NCBI GenBank assembly: GCA_000165425.1 | Contig: CT868441.1 | Location: forward strand, 1-64,000 | Source of the DNA: Paramecium tetraurelia | Taxonomy: Eukaryota | Length of the DNA stretch: 64,000 nucleotides | Direction of reading: 5' to 3' | Shown: positions 13,891 to 27,607 of the stretch, piece after piece | How the letters are laid out: each line of letters begins with the position of its first letter | How positions within the stretch are numbered: the first letter of the stretch is position 1 | Made by a program: the position numbers and the translations under genes | The notes under the pieces: generated by a model | Told to the model about the DNA's origin: nothing | What the model saw: the letters and a program-made list of their open reading frames with translations, nothing else | The model's database searches: none

Positions 13891-15101
13891 ACGCTAATCA
13901 GTCTCAATTAGATAAATACCTATTTAGTCTTTGACTCTTTTTCCTACCAAAATTAGAGAATACTCTGAGCTTTAAATTCACATTAGAGCATCATCAAAGG
14001 GATCAAATAAGTCTTCAAACAATTGGAGAGATACTCAAGGTATACAGTTTTCTGAAAGTGCAAGCAATGTTTCTTTGTTGATATTCTCTAGCATCCATAA
14101 AATATTAGTTCAAAACTATAATAACTATAAACTCATAAATTTACAAACTTAGAAATTCGTTATGGAATTAAGAATAATCAAAAATTATATTCTTGTATCT
14201 ATAATGATATATTTTTTATTGAATAAACTATAATTGAAGTTCTTATCGCCAAAAACATAGAAATCTTAATCTAATTTTGTTGCTGGTAATTATTAAGCAC
14301 TGTTATTTTTGATTAATAAGGTCTTAAATAGAAATAGATACTATTTTGATTTAACTCTCCAATTTAAAATGCAATTTATATTATTTAATGATCTGATCTA
14401 AGAGTGGAAACAAATTACTTACAGAGCTTAAAATTACTTGGATAAAACTTCATAATTTTAAGCATTCTACTAGTCTAGATAATTTAAAAGATTTTAATAA
14501 AAAAAAAATAGTTTGATGTTTAGGTGTGATGATTGATCAAACATCTTTGGAAACACATTAACAATCATGGGAGTTACAACACTAAAAATAGTGTTAATTT
14601 TTTGGTTGATAGAAGACTGCACAACAGAAAACCTGTACAATATATTTTGTTATCAGAACCTGATATTCGAAATTCAATATCAGAGTAATTTTATTCGAAT
14701 GAACTATATAGAGATAATTTATGATTTCTTTAATATTTTTCATGAAACTTTATCTTTAAAGTTTGATTTATAGTACAGTATAAAAACTGTTTTTAACATT
14801 TATAGATTTGTTTTTTCAAATTAAATTGTTTGCTAAGTTGAGAATTAAGAATGCCTTTTTCCTATTAATGTAATTTTTAGGATATAAAATTAAAATTTAC
14901 CAAATCATAATTTATTAAAAAACTCTTTTGCATTTTCTTTAAATTTAAATAATTAATATTTTTCAATATTCCACTATCATAAAACGTAATAGATTTATTC
15001 CAACTCAAACAGTTTTTGTTTTTTTATTTTATCAATAATATTTAATTTTAGTAAACATAACACAATTAAATACAATTAAGTGATAAAATGTCATTATTTA
15101 A

Positions 15102-18100
15102 TCATTTGTCTTGAGATATCAACGCAAAACGAATAAGGTCAATACATTTATTTTCTGTTTCAAAGTAATTAAATATTGCCAAAGCCTAAAATCTTTATTA
15201 TTAAATACATCTAAGAATTAAGTAACTCCATCTAGTGACCCTAAGGTGCTAGCTGAAATAACATCATTCAAAATCTTGGTTGATTCTAATTTTGTGCCTC
15301 CTTAAACGATTTACCTTTGGTTACGTTTTCCAACAGATTGATAGATAAAATTTGCTAAATGAGTTTTTATAGATTTTATCAGATTAGAGTGAAAGTAGTC
15401 AAATGTTTTAATAAGTTGCTTTTCTTAATTAATTAAACCTTATACCAAAAATTTTATTTCTACTCTATCAAATTGCTATAAACTTATAATTTCCTAAACA
15501 CATATTAAATATTAATTATAAAGCCAACGGTTGTGAGCGCCTTAATAATAAAAAAATAATCCTTTTAATGGATGCTGTCTTAGGTCAAACCACTCTTTTA
15601 GACATGCTTCTGTATCTTCAATTAAACGTTAAGCCTAGTGTATTTAATTTAAGAATTAAAAAGCTTAACATTGAATAAGGTACATAAGAGAAACATAGGG
15701 ATGAACAAGTTTTTAATCCTTTGAACTGAGTTTAATATATCCATCAATTCCCTTTTGACAGCATTACATGATCCAGGTATTCATTAACTTTTGATTTATT
15801 CCATTTTTTGTTCCAAGAAGAATATTCAGTTGAAAATCTAAAATTTTTAACTTTTAATCAATCTCTGTAATTTCTGATATCATATTAAATTTTAGTGCAT
15901 AGTATGCAGATTACCTCATTTCCTCATTGACAATTTTTAATTTTAATATTTCTATATATTTGGAATGGTCAATAACACATTATTTAATTTGAATCTAATT
16001 ATGTTAATTTAATAATAAAGAAAAATAAGTTGCATATATCATTTGCAAGTAATTTATATGAATTTTATTCTATAACTCCAATTATAACTCGAAGAGCAAA
16101 TTAAATTTTGGTAAATCTTTTTCAATATTAATTAAGATTCTTATATGGTTTAAAATTGCTTCATTAATAAAATCCTTATTAAACAAGTGAATATAATCCA
16201 CATCATGACTCTCATTAATTAGTTAGTCATATACCTAGAACTAAAAATTTTAGAGTGTGGTGTTAATAGGATATTCTTAAACCTAAATTAAGTCTTTTAA
16301 TTTACTATTTCATTGTTGGCAATTGAAATAATTGTTCTTTATTACTTTAAACAAGCATCAATATATGATAACGTTTTATTAGAATACTTTAAAGCATTTT
16401 CGTAATCAATTAAATTAAGATGGAATCTACATTTTAGTTGCGAGAGAAGAGCGTACATAAGAGTAGTTTCCTTATATTCACCTAATCTTGTTCTAACTAT
16501 TAAAATTTATGTTACATATATTATTTTTTTGGTTCAATATTTCCCATCATTGCATTGACAACATCTAATAAGGATTCAAATAGATGCATCAATCTAATAA
16601 GTTGTGTTTAATTTTATAGGATGCTCAAAGTTTCGACCAATATTTCAGAAATTAAATGGTAATCTTAATTAATCATTAGATTAAATAGCAAATATTAACA
16701 ATTGAACTTAATATCTTCAAAATATAAAAAATTAGGAGTATATTCATACAAATACTTTGAAGGGAGTGGTAGGCAATTGCTTTTATTTTTATATACATTC
16801 TCTAAAATCTGAAGGTCTTAATCAAAGCCACTATGAATTTTGTGAAATATAAATGCTTAGGAATTAAGTAATCTTTATGAGAATTAGTAAATTAAATCAA
16901 ACATATCAAATTACTAAAAATACATATATGAATGAAGCAAGGCCAAAACTATGATTGAGCATTCGAAATCTCGGTTAAGATACTCTCTTATCTGCATATA
17001 TGATTATTTTAAGTTTGAATGAGATATGATGCTACAATTAAGGAATTGACAGAATAATTAATATTACTGATATTGTGATAAACTAATATCAATTTGAAGT
17101 TCTTAGATCTATTAATTATTTATTTATATGCATTTTAAAGATTAACAGTAAAATTTTGGATTTGTTGATAATTAATTTATCTAATTAATTGCATTTTCCA
17201 ACTATTTAGTTTTTTGTTAATTCAAATTTTCAATAAGTTTTGGGGAATAAGCAAAACAGATTGAAAGATAGTAGAATATCTATAACTCATTCAGGTTTTG
17301 ATGGAAAAACCAAGAATCATTTTGAGGTTAAAATTATGAATGGAAGTCCTATAATAATTTAATAAATGAAAATTATTTCATCAAATGAATATTCTATTTA
17401 CTGAGCTAACATTTAATATTATGAGGCGTTGGTTAAAAGTCATCAAGATGTAAAATTTACTAAATAGATTTAATTTAGCAAAGTCTTTGAAAAGAGTTTA
17501 TATAAACTTAGTCACATTGAGCTAGTAATATTCTTCTGTTCTCTAAAGTAGGATTTAAATTTGAAATTGCAATTATTTACAATTTCATAAAATCATCATC
17601 CTCTGATTCAATTAAGTTAATTAATTTTTTTCTATTTATTTCATTCCATTTCATTTCTGTAATTTTTAAGTATTTTCCAACCTCACAATTCTCTGTCGTA
17701 TATGTTGTAAATAAAGATTGTTTATCCTTGCTCAATAAAATTAATTAATTTTTATAAAAATTAAATAAATCTTCGTTTGCTCCCTCTAATGCTATGAATT
17801 CTTTATAATGATTTTATTCCTATTCATTTTTTGAATCAAAATGAATTATTAATTGTAAAAATTTATAATAGAGTAGTTAAGAATAGTAGAGCTAATTCTC
17901 ATCGGTTAGTAATTAATTTAGAGACTCCTAACCATAATTCTCTAATATTTCATCATCTAAAGGAGATGTTTATTCAAAGTTTATCAAAGCTGTACTGCAA
18001 TCTAAAGGTATGTCTAATAATAAAGGTCTTGGTTCAGGAAAAACTATAGTTTGTTAATTTTAGATTATTTCTTAGAATTGAATATCAGCAAGTTTATAAT

Positions 18101-21100
18101 TTTAATGAAAGTATGTTTAAATCGCCCTTAGTACTTAAAATTAGTTTAAGTATCTCTATATTTGGGTTTAGTATTAAATAATTATTTAAATATAATCTTT
18201 ATTTTTTCTTAAAGTATTTATTAAATTTAATCTATCAAAAGAACTTATTGATGATGCCTAATTGTTGTTTTATTTTATTTTTCTTTTTAATATGATACTT
18301 TATTCTATGTCTGATAGATTTTCTAATTTGATATTCAAGTTTAATTATCGAAATATGATTCTGAGTTGAATTATACATCGTTTTAATGCCTCTATCAACT
18401 TACAATTCTCTAAATCTATCTCCTGTCTTAAAGCAAACAAGGTAGAAATCTTAAAATAATATATTAATAATATATCTAGAATTTTCTTAATTTCATTTGA
18501 TTTTAAAAGGTAAGAATGCAGATTCTTTGAAAAATAATTGATAAAGCTGAGAAGTAGATTAGAGTCATTTTAAAATAAATTAATTTTCATATAATTCTCA
18601 ACCTCCTATATAAGATTTAATGCTGTTTTAAATTGTTTAATTCTAAAATGAAAATTTATTTAATGTTTCATTAATTCCATATATTATTGATAAGTAACTT
18701 CCTTTTTTGTTTAAGTCTTATATTTCTAGTCAAGAAGAGATTATGGGTCAAAATTAATTACTTTTTCTATCAAACTGTAATAGTCTAGTTCCACAAAACG
18801 TTATTAAACAGAAATCATCTCTATTATTTAGGTAGGAGATTTTTGTTATAGCAATATTTCTGATAACAAGTACTACAATGGATTTTCCATAGTATTTATA
18901 GCATTTTATAAATCTTCAATAGGTTTGAGTAATATCATTTCAGCTATCATTTAAACTAATTACTAGATAGGGTTTGTTTCCTAATTAACTGAATTAAGCA
19001 CCATATATTCATTCTAAACTAAAATGTAATTATAAATAGAAATATTTGCTATTTTATGCTTTTATAATAAAATTAAATTTGAATACAAAAACTACATTAA
19101 TTCTTCTACAGTGTAATAAAGTGAGTTCTTTCTTCTAAAAGAAATTACTTAATATAAGCTTTTAGAATTTGAACAAGAGTATAAGGAAACACAATATCCT
19201 TTTATTAAGAAATCATCTATTTAGTCAACAATATTTAATAATCTAATATAATTCTTACTTTATCCTAAAAATATACCATGACCACCATTGTAAAACTTTT
19301 AAAATTATAAAGTTTAACTATGTCGAACTTGGAAAAATTGCATTAAATATTCTTTTTCATCAATTTATACTTACCATAAAATATCATGAATATGCTTTTA
19401 AATTTTAATATTTGGGATCTGATTAATTTCATCTATAAAATATTATAATGAATATTCTTCCAATTTTGTATTATATTGTTCAAATATATAGGTATCTTTA
19501 GATTTATCAATTATATTTTTATAGATATCTGATTTTAGACTTTAAAGGTGATAAATTTTATTATTTAATCTTCCATTTGTAGATTGAAATATGTAAGATG
19601 ATTTTTGCCTAAATAAATATTAATAATTGTTACTCATATTCTAATTAATCAAATAAATCAATAAACATATCTAATGTATATTAATTGATAGATGAGTATT
19701 AGACCAAAGCGCCAAACTTTTTATGAATATCTGATTCAAATTGAACTGAACTCAGTTTTTTCTTAGCCTCATATTACAAAATTGCAATTTAGAGTGATGA
19801 TTGCCTAATAGTTTATTTACGAAATCCTTTAAAAAATAGGCATCTATAACGAAAAATTTGAACTTTCCGACAATTTAACCAAGATTTCTTAGTTATGAAA
19901 TTTGCTTTTTTTTAAAGGATTGCAGCTTATTCATTTTTTTCATCTTATGTTAGTTCAGTTCCAAATTATTTAAGTTATTACTTAAATTTAATATATGCCT
20001 TATCTGTGTAAAATTCAAATTAAGTTTCATAACTTTATTTTAAAATTTTATATCTTTTGTAGTCTAAATTATGTAGGATTTTCAACTTTCTTTGAATAAA
20101 GGATTGGCTCAAATGAATTCTAAAGTCACTCCACAACATAGTATAATTTGATAAAAGATTCAACCGAAATAAAAATCTCCAAATTTTTGTCCTATCCTAT
20201 ATTAATTTCTTTTCATCTTATCTAATGGACGAGACTTGGAAAGCCCAAGTACATATCCTTTTTGAAAAATAATCGCGTAAAAATTAATAATCTAAAGTCT
20301 TAACATTTTTTATTTTTTTTCCCCATTCATTTAACTTAGTTTATTATCTTTTCATCAATAGCGCATCTGATTTTTATTCTTCCTTTTTTTAAAATAGTGC
20401 AGATCCACTCTAGCAATCAATAGTTTCTTAAAATATTTTTAAACCTGTATTAGATGTGAACAACTACTTCTAAGAGTCGTTGTTTTAGGGAAATTCAATT
20501 AATTTCAATTATAACTACTCCTCTTCAGCCACAAGTCTTTTTGATATACTTCCTATATTTTTAGAATAGAAATATGAGATATCTTCATCTGAACTTATGG
20601 TTTCAAAATTATGAGTGAAATTAATCTCCTTAGCAGCAAATATTTTAAAAATCGGGCTTCTTTATAATTATTCTTTATCTTATTTCTCTTTCCTACTCTT
20701 ATTCATTAAAATTTGAATGTTGCTCTTGTAAATATATTTCCCTCTTTGAATAATTTATTGCATTATTCTAGGGGTATTACCAAAGATACCCAATGTTATG
20801 CATTTAATTAAAAAGTGATAAAAAAGCAAAGATAAAAATAATAGAATTATATCATCCAACAATCTACTCTTATAATATATGCTAGTAATTCCTGAATTAC
20901 TTAAGATAGCAACCAAATTTATTAATTAATTTAGGTCATCCCATACACCTAAAGAACCTTCATTTTTAGGCCAAGGTCTTTATAATTAATAGCATAACCT
21001 AAGTTTTAAAATCTATACTTATAATATCATCCATATCCAAAAGAATGTTACGCTAAGAGGAAATACACAACCAAATAGATTTATAAGAGTTGAGAATAGG

Positions 21101-24100
21101 AAAAATTCCATATATTCATCAACGATGCCATCCTTTTCTGAAGATCTCCAAAATGGGACTTTAGAATTTTAGTCCTAGATTAGTTAAAGCAAACTATCAG
21201 TATTTTAGATTTATTAATTTATATGAAATTATTCTTTTACTTTAAAATATAACCTAAAATACTTTATGAATTGTAAAGTAAATATCCAGAAGATGGTTGT
21301 TGCAAAAAAATATTATATTTCATTCTTACAACTCTCTTCCCAACAATACAAATAAAAGGGAGAATTCAGAAATTATATCACTAATAAAGGAAATAGTCCT
21401 GAAAGACTATATAAAGTGTATTTTTTTATTGTGTAGCTAGTTTCATATTAATTTGAAATCTGTAAATTCTCAAAATCTGTCAAAAATGTGGCAATTTATT
21501 CATAATATTATTCAATTAGTTTCTGGATTCCAAAATTTAATGAGGAGGATATTATAATTTCAAGGTTATAAAATTTATTATTGAACTCATTAAATTTTGC
21601 TTTCAGGAATAAATTAAAAAAATAAATACCAATTATTACCCCAAAATCTGAACCTATCAAAAGAATCAAAATAAAAATGGAGATAATAAGTTTCGAGATA
21701 ATTTACGCTTGGGATGATCCTAATGAATTTAATTCATCATTTTCAACAGAACGAATGTATTAACCTTTAAATGACATAAGAATTAACTTCTCTTATGCTC
21801 TTTTATTAAATCCTTATCTTATATTGAATTTGATTTAAGTTGTCTTCCAATAATCAGTTACAAATGAGTTCCATAACACAACTAATAATGAGAATATTGA
21901 AATAATTGCTGTATAAGTTTATTTGTCTAATTCCTTTGAAGTTATCATGGCAATCGTAAATAGAAATCCTAAAATGGATAATACAGAATAGCATAAGATA
22001 TGATGGGTAGTAAATTCTAGAAACAATCCAATTTTTTCTCCGAAGTAAGAGCAAATTCTTTCTTTTGGCAATACCCATGGTTCCTTATAATTAAATTCCC
22101 AATCACTAACTAAATCAAAAGTCCTCTTCTTATAAAATTTATTCTGTTCACTTACAGCATTTTGAATATTTTTACACCAGCCATATAATTCATAGAAGTC
22201 ATGTAAGCAGAAAATTTTATTAACTAGTTTTAATTTTACTAGGGTATCCAAACTAACACATGATTAGAGGACTGAATATGCTAATTTCAATCTTTCATTA
22301 CTTGGAAATAAAGTAATATGATTTTTTTCATTTTTGATATATCTACACCATCTTAATTAATATCTTTCAATATTCTTAGTTGAAGAGTCCTTTTTATTTA
22401 TTTAAAATGGAACATATAAATCAAATGGTGTTATATTATACCTCTCCCAAACTGTTTTTAACTGATGGTTTGTACAATTTGCTACTTTTAAAGATTCATT
22501 AAAAATTGTTAAATAATTATGGGCTAATTATTGCTGCAAGTATAATTTTATTTTTTTTATTTATGGTAATTTAGATGATATTACTAAACTATTTGATTGA
22601 ATAATGAGTTATTATACTTCTTCATTTAAATCTCGATAATGTTTTTATTCTTCTTCATTAAATTCATCAAAATTTTTATGCTTTGAATGAGTTCTTATAG
22701 CAACAAGTTGTTCAACTGTTTTTTATTTGTCAATTATCAAAGCAATATCACTTTTAAGTTAAAATTCTTTTCTGCAAAGATTGATATGATTATTTAAATG
22801 AACTAGATATTTGTAATATGCTGTCCATTCTTCATCACTTGGCCCATCTTAATCTCCATGAATATCTGATTTTCCATATTAAAATAATTCTATATTTATT
22901 CCAGTCTGCCCAACTTCTCTTGCAACCTTCTTAAAATTAATCTATTATATTTGTTCAGTAATTAAGGGTCGCAAATATTTCAGATAAGGAGATATTTGAT
23001 AATCTTGAGGTCTCCATAATCTTCCATTTAACCTTAAAGGACGATATTATCTATCAACAGGCTCTAGGGATAGTAAATCAGTAAAGCAATAGCTGATTTT
23101 TTTTGGTAATTAGCAATTTTCAGCAGCTGTTTCAAGCATTTTCTCTGACATATACAATAGCAGAAATATTTTTTCCCCATCTTATGATATTTTCTATTGC
23201 ACTTAAAATCCTCTTCTTGTAAATTATACAATTAGTATATTTCTGATTAATGTCAAAATATCAGATGTTACTTTTTGAGTTCTATGCCAAAATTTACCAG
23301 ATTATCTAAGATATTCTCCTTAACTATATGCTTTTTTTTGTATATATTATAGCTTTTGATAATCCACTTAAAAATATTCACTAATGTTATTAATGTTCCC
23401 TAAATTAGCCATAATGTTTCCCATTAATTACTGTCTAAATTATGTCACTAATTTTTATATTATGTTATTTTGCTCTTCCTTTTGATAATCTTATGTCTAA
23501 AATTTATTTTAGAAATTGTTTTCCATTAAGTATGAAGATTTAGGACTTTGTTCAGAGTTATGAAACAAATCCTATGCTGAACCTAATTAGTAAAGAGCAT
23601 TTCTTTATTCATTTGTTTGTGTTTCAAGTCTTCTAGTTCGAATATCATAGACTGAATAAGATTTATGATCTAATAATTATAGGAACACATATTCTATTGC
23701 TTTTAAAAATAGCTTTTCTTTATTTGATTATTCATCTATTGACAATGATTATATGATTTACTCAAAGATTTCTAATTGATTAAGTTAAAATTCATAATCA
23801 TCCTAAACAAAATCAGGGTTATAAAGACTTCATTATAATTTAATATTAGTTACCTAATGATTGCTTCTGGTTATTCTAAATCTAATGTATTATTATTATC
23901 AGAGCAATCAAAATTTTAATAGCCATTTAATCGCTCTTCTTCTTCCAATCCTATTTCTTATCCGATAAGCAATTTCAGATATGTCTCAAAAATTTGAATA
24001 TAAGTCTCGACCTGGTCTAACTTTTTTGTTTTCTTATTTCTAGTAGTTGGTTCAGACGATTATGATTAATAAATGTTATTGGATGGTTTTGAATCATTAG

Positions 24101-24137
24101 TCTGAATAAAATTATATTAGCTTTTTCTACTACTCAT
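15102..24137 (-). CDS. Giant anoctamin/TMEM16-family protein (~3,000 aa) with C-terminal pseudokinase-like and helical-repeat extension
   Basis: ATG 24137. Anoctamin motifs ICSYFGEKIGLFLEF (~22020-22060) and DEYMEFF...FGCVFPLS...QRPWPKNEGSLGVW (~20940-21120). The frame stays open past the TM region, crosses a 25-nt GT-AG intron (19609-19633) and stays open to at least ~16500. Further small introns are predicted; a 23-nt one gives the ending ...RFALISQDK-TGA at 15102. Confidence 0.8.
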
Positions 24138-24690
24138 TAATTAAAATATAAAATCAATAATTACTTCTAATCCTTCGTATACTATTTTATAGATTTTAAT
24201 TTTGTCAATATCTAATGATTTAATAATAAATAATAGAAGTTTCTTCTGATATCCATCAATATCAATATCCAAACATGTATTATATTTTAAACAAAAAATG
24301 AAACATTACGAATTTATTGAACGGATAACAAGCAGAAATGAACTACTAAGCCTCTAATTTTATAAAAATGTTATTTTTACGCACTAAATATATATTAGTT
24401 CTTTCTTATCTATCATATCAAAAGTTATTGAAAAGAAAGTTATACTCATGCAGAATTTCTATTTCAAGGGATAAATTTGATAGTAAAACTCGAGAATATA
24501 GTTTTATTTTTGTATTTATTAAAGATTGTGCTAATCAAAATAATACAACCATTATTTAGTTTGCTATTTATAGTAGATAATACTTTAGATTTGAATATAT
24601 GAATAATAAAATAGATATATAATCATATATCAAACTTACAGTTTATTGATTTTGATTTTATTAATAATATATTTTTTATTAAAAATACTC

Positions 24691-25835
24691 TCAGAATTTA
24701 GTTGTCTCATCATCTAATTCTGGATCGTCATCCAATGGCTTAATTTTCTAGAGTCCCAATCTATTTAATTATTTCTCTGATTTAACGACATAACTCTTAG
24801 TGAAATCGGCTTTTTCAATTGTATTTCTATAAGGAATGGGCATATATTTTCTGTATCTCTACATCAATCGCTTTCTTCTTCTATTTAATTTATCATATTC
24901 ATGCTAAGTCATATTAAGTTTAATTTTTTAAGGCCTTTCAACAAATGGTGTGAATATTAAATCGTTATCCAATTCACTTGGATCCATGATCTGTTATTTA
25001 ATATCTCCAAGATCCTATTTAACTATGAATAAACTAATAGTGTACTCTATTCTTAAGAAACAGGTTTGCTGGCAAAAAGAAGAGTTCTATCATCGCCTTC
25101 TTTCATGTCTTACAAGATGCTTCCTCTGTATTCAAAATCTGTATGGTGAGGTAAGATTTAGGGTAAAATATCATCGAAAGTATGGAATCTGCCTCTGAAT
25201 AAATGAATATGATCAAGTTTGTCCATTCTATACACAGTATTTGGTAACATTTTGGAAACAGTCCAAGCAACCTAGTTTGAAAGAGTAAATTACTAATTAT
25301 TCCGGTTTTTGGAGGATTAGATCTCTGAATTTTATTTATTTTAAATTTCCAATATAACCCGTATGGTAAGTAAGTACTTTATAATTGATTTTTTTGCCTG
25401 TTAAATACATGTTACAGCCATTAACAATAATAAATTTATCTGTAACTTTCCCAGGTTCATTATTTCGGAATGTTGGCTTATGTTTTCCGCTCAGATGGTA
25501 GGCAATTTTTGAACACATCTTACCATATGGGAATCTTGATGCATCAAATAAGTGATAAGTAATTCCCCCTTTATGAACAGCAACATAAGTAGTGCCTGGG
25601 TAGAAATTTTTAGTATGTCTTTCATCTATTTGATGTGAAATAGGTTGTTACCTAAAGCTTGTCTGAATTCATATTCACGGGGCTTCACAAGTTCATACTT
25701 CTCGTATGGGTCTTTAGGATCAAGCTTGGGTCTTTTGGGCATTGGAATGTCCTTTACATAAGGCTATTCTTTATGCTTGAATTTGGGGATGGCTAATGAA
25801 AATCTAGCCACTAGACACCTCTAAAATAATTACAT
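24691..25835 (-). CDS. MRPL13: Mitochondrial ribosomal protein uL13 with N- and C-terminal extensions
   Basis: YHLFDASRFPYGKMCSKIAYHLSGKHKPTF...DKFIIVNG...YHTGYIGNLKQ...VSKMLP matches the uL13 core (GKHKP, YHTGYxG, MLP). The basic N-terminus MQLFQRCLVARFSLA resembles a mitochondrial presequence. TGA at 24691. Confidence 0.85.
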
Positions 25836-25871
25836 AAATAATAATTAATGTATTAAGCATAATTACATGGC

Positions 25872-27472
25872 ATGAAGTTAGCTATGGCGCCTTATCGTCG
25901 AAGAAGTTCAAAAAATCTTTAGGAAGTACCTTCTAATGCAGATTTTGAAAGATAATAATCAAATGGCAGTCTTCGGATGGATCCTGGCCCAATTAACATA
26001 GAAGTGAGAGAAAATAACACCAAAGTAAAAAATACTTAATTATAGATCGTAGATTGGATTGTGTTAATAACTCCGATATGTTATACCCTTGTTATTCTAT
26101 TCTTAATCTCGTGGATTTATATAACTACTCCTTAAATTAGGTATCCTTATATAGCGCACAACATTTTACAAAGGGCTCATAAGATTTAATCGATGTATCC
26201 GATAATTGATATCATTGAGTTTTCTCAATTTTCATATCATATTAGAGGATGTCCTCCTGATTTTGAAGAAGCAACCTTAGGAATTTGGGAAGGAATTGAA
26301 AATGGCAATGTGTGTGATAAATCAAATAAGAATTGTGAATTAGTTTAGAGCATGGAAGCATAAAGATTAAGGTTTTGGAAATAAAAGCTGTATTGCATTA
26401 AATACGACAAAACAGCGTAATGGCGAAATGGAAATCAATGTTAGAAATAATACAAAGCTTGCAGTTCTTACATTTGTGTCAAGCAACATTTATAATGCCC
26501 AATTACAGATTTATAATCAATACATCAGTAAGGGGATTTATAATTTGGTAAAAACTGGTACAGAATTGTTAGAGATGAAAGACAAACACCTTTATTATTT
26601 TTTAATATCTCAGCATCTTCAACTTGTTTAAATTTAAATGATCAGCCTCAATTCAAATCAAAAGAATATTACCCTTTATCCAAATATCCAGAAACTGGTT
26701 GCAATGAATTTGGTGATTACACTAGCATAACAAACTCATTAGATTCTGGAATGGTTTTAGAAATACTGAAAGAAAATGACATCCCTTTTGAACAGCTTTC
26801 TCATTTTGAAGAGTATGTTTAAAATACGGATGAATACTAATTGTAAGCCTTAAGAGGTATAAAATTAAATGAAATGCCTTAATGCAACAAATTAAATACA
26901 GAAATATTTAATAATTCAAGCAAGAAGAGTTTTAGAATCACAAGAATTATGAGAAGAAACAATCTTCCTCTGATTACAGGTTGTGTAATTCTTATTCTAT
27001 TTTCAATTTTAACTATTAGGTTCCATAATAATGTAATTGATTTGTTTTATCATTAGAAATATTTGACATTCATCAATAAGAGAATCACAATGATAGTTAA
27101 TATAGGAGCTGCAATCATAATGATTGTCACACTGGTTTATTCGTCATTTTTTTTATATGATGTCTTAGCGTCAGTATGTATTTGATATATAAATAGAATG
27201 GACTTAAACAGATAAATGATAATTTGGATGTCTTTATATAAAATCAATGCATTAATATAAAGGGTATATTAATGGCTTTGGATTAGATACATTAGTATTC
27301 CTTTAAAATATACAACTCTAATTTAAGTTTGATCTACGCTGCATTTATAGGATCAATAATTTATTTAATAGTTCAATCCCTCTTATATATAATATAATAT
27401 ATTTCTAGTAACACCCAAGTAATATGTCAAAATCCCTGGAGTAGTAGAGTTAATTATGAAATTAGATATTGA
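25872..27472 (+). CDS. Ciliate-type membrane protein with Cys-rich extracellular loop
   Basis: N-terminal TM (WIVLITPICYTLVILFLISWIYI), a Cys-rich loop (GCPPDFEEATLGIWEG...CSSYICVKQHLQCPITD) and C-terminal TM helices. Several short introns; TGA 27470-27472. The start could be 25884. Confidence 0.7.
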
Positions 27473-27607
27473 TATAATTATAAATATTTTTGAAACATAT
27501 TTTTTTTATGATCTTTTTCTTTGAGAAGAAGAAAACAATTTTTTTTTGTATTTTTTTTTTATTTTTTTTATTTTGTAATAATATACAATGGTGGCTGTGA
27601 AAATATC

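Noticed and set aside
19352..19374. Apparent 23-nt intron (gtaagt...aaag) in the anoctamin tail
   Set aside because: Splicing it would create a TGA, whereas read-through keeps an open, kinase-like frame.
15102..19637. Separate gene starting at ATG 19637
   Set aside because: The upstream anoctamin frame has no stop before this point, and a canonical 25-nt intron joins the two frames, so a single gene is the simpler model (unproven without cDNA).
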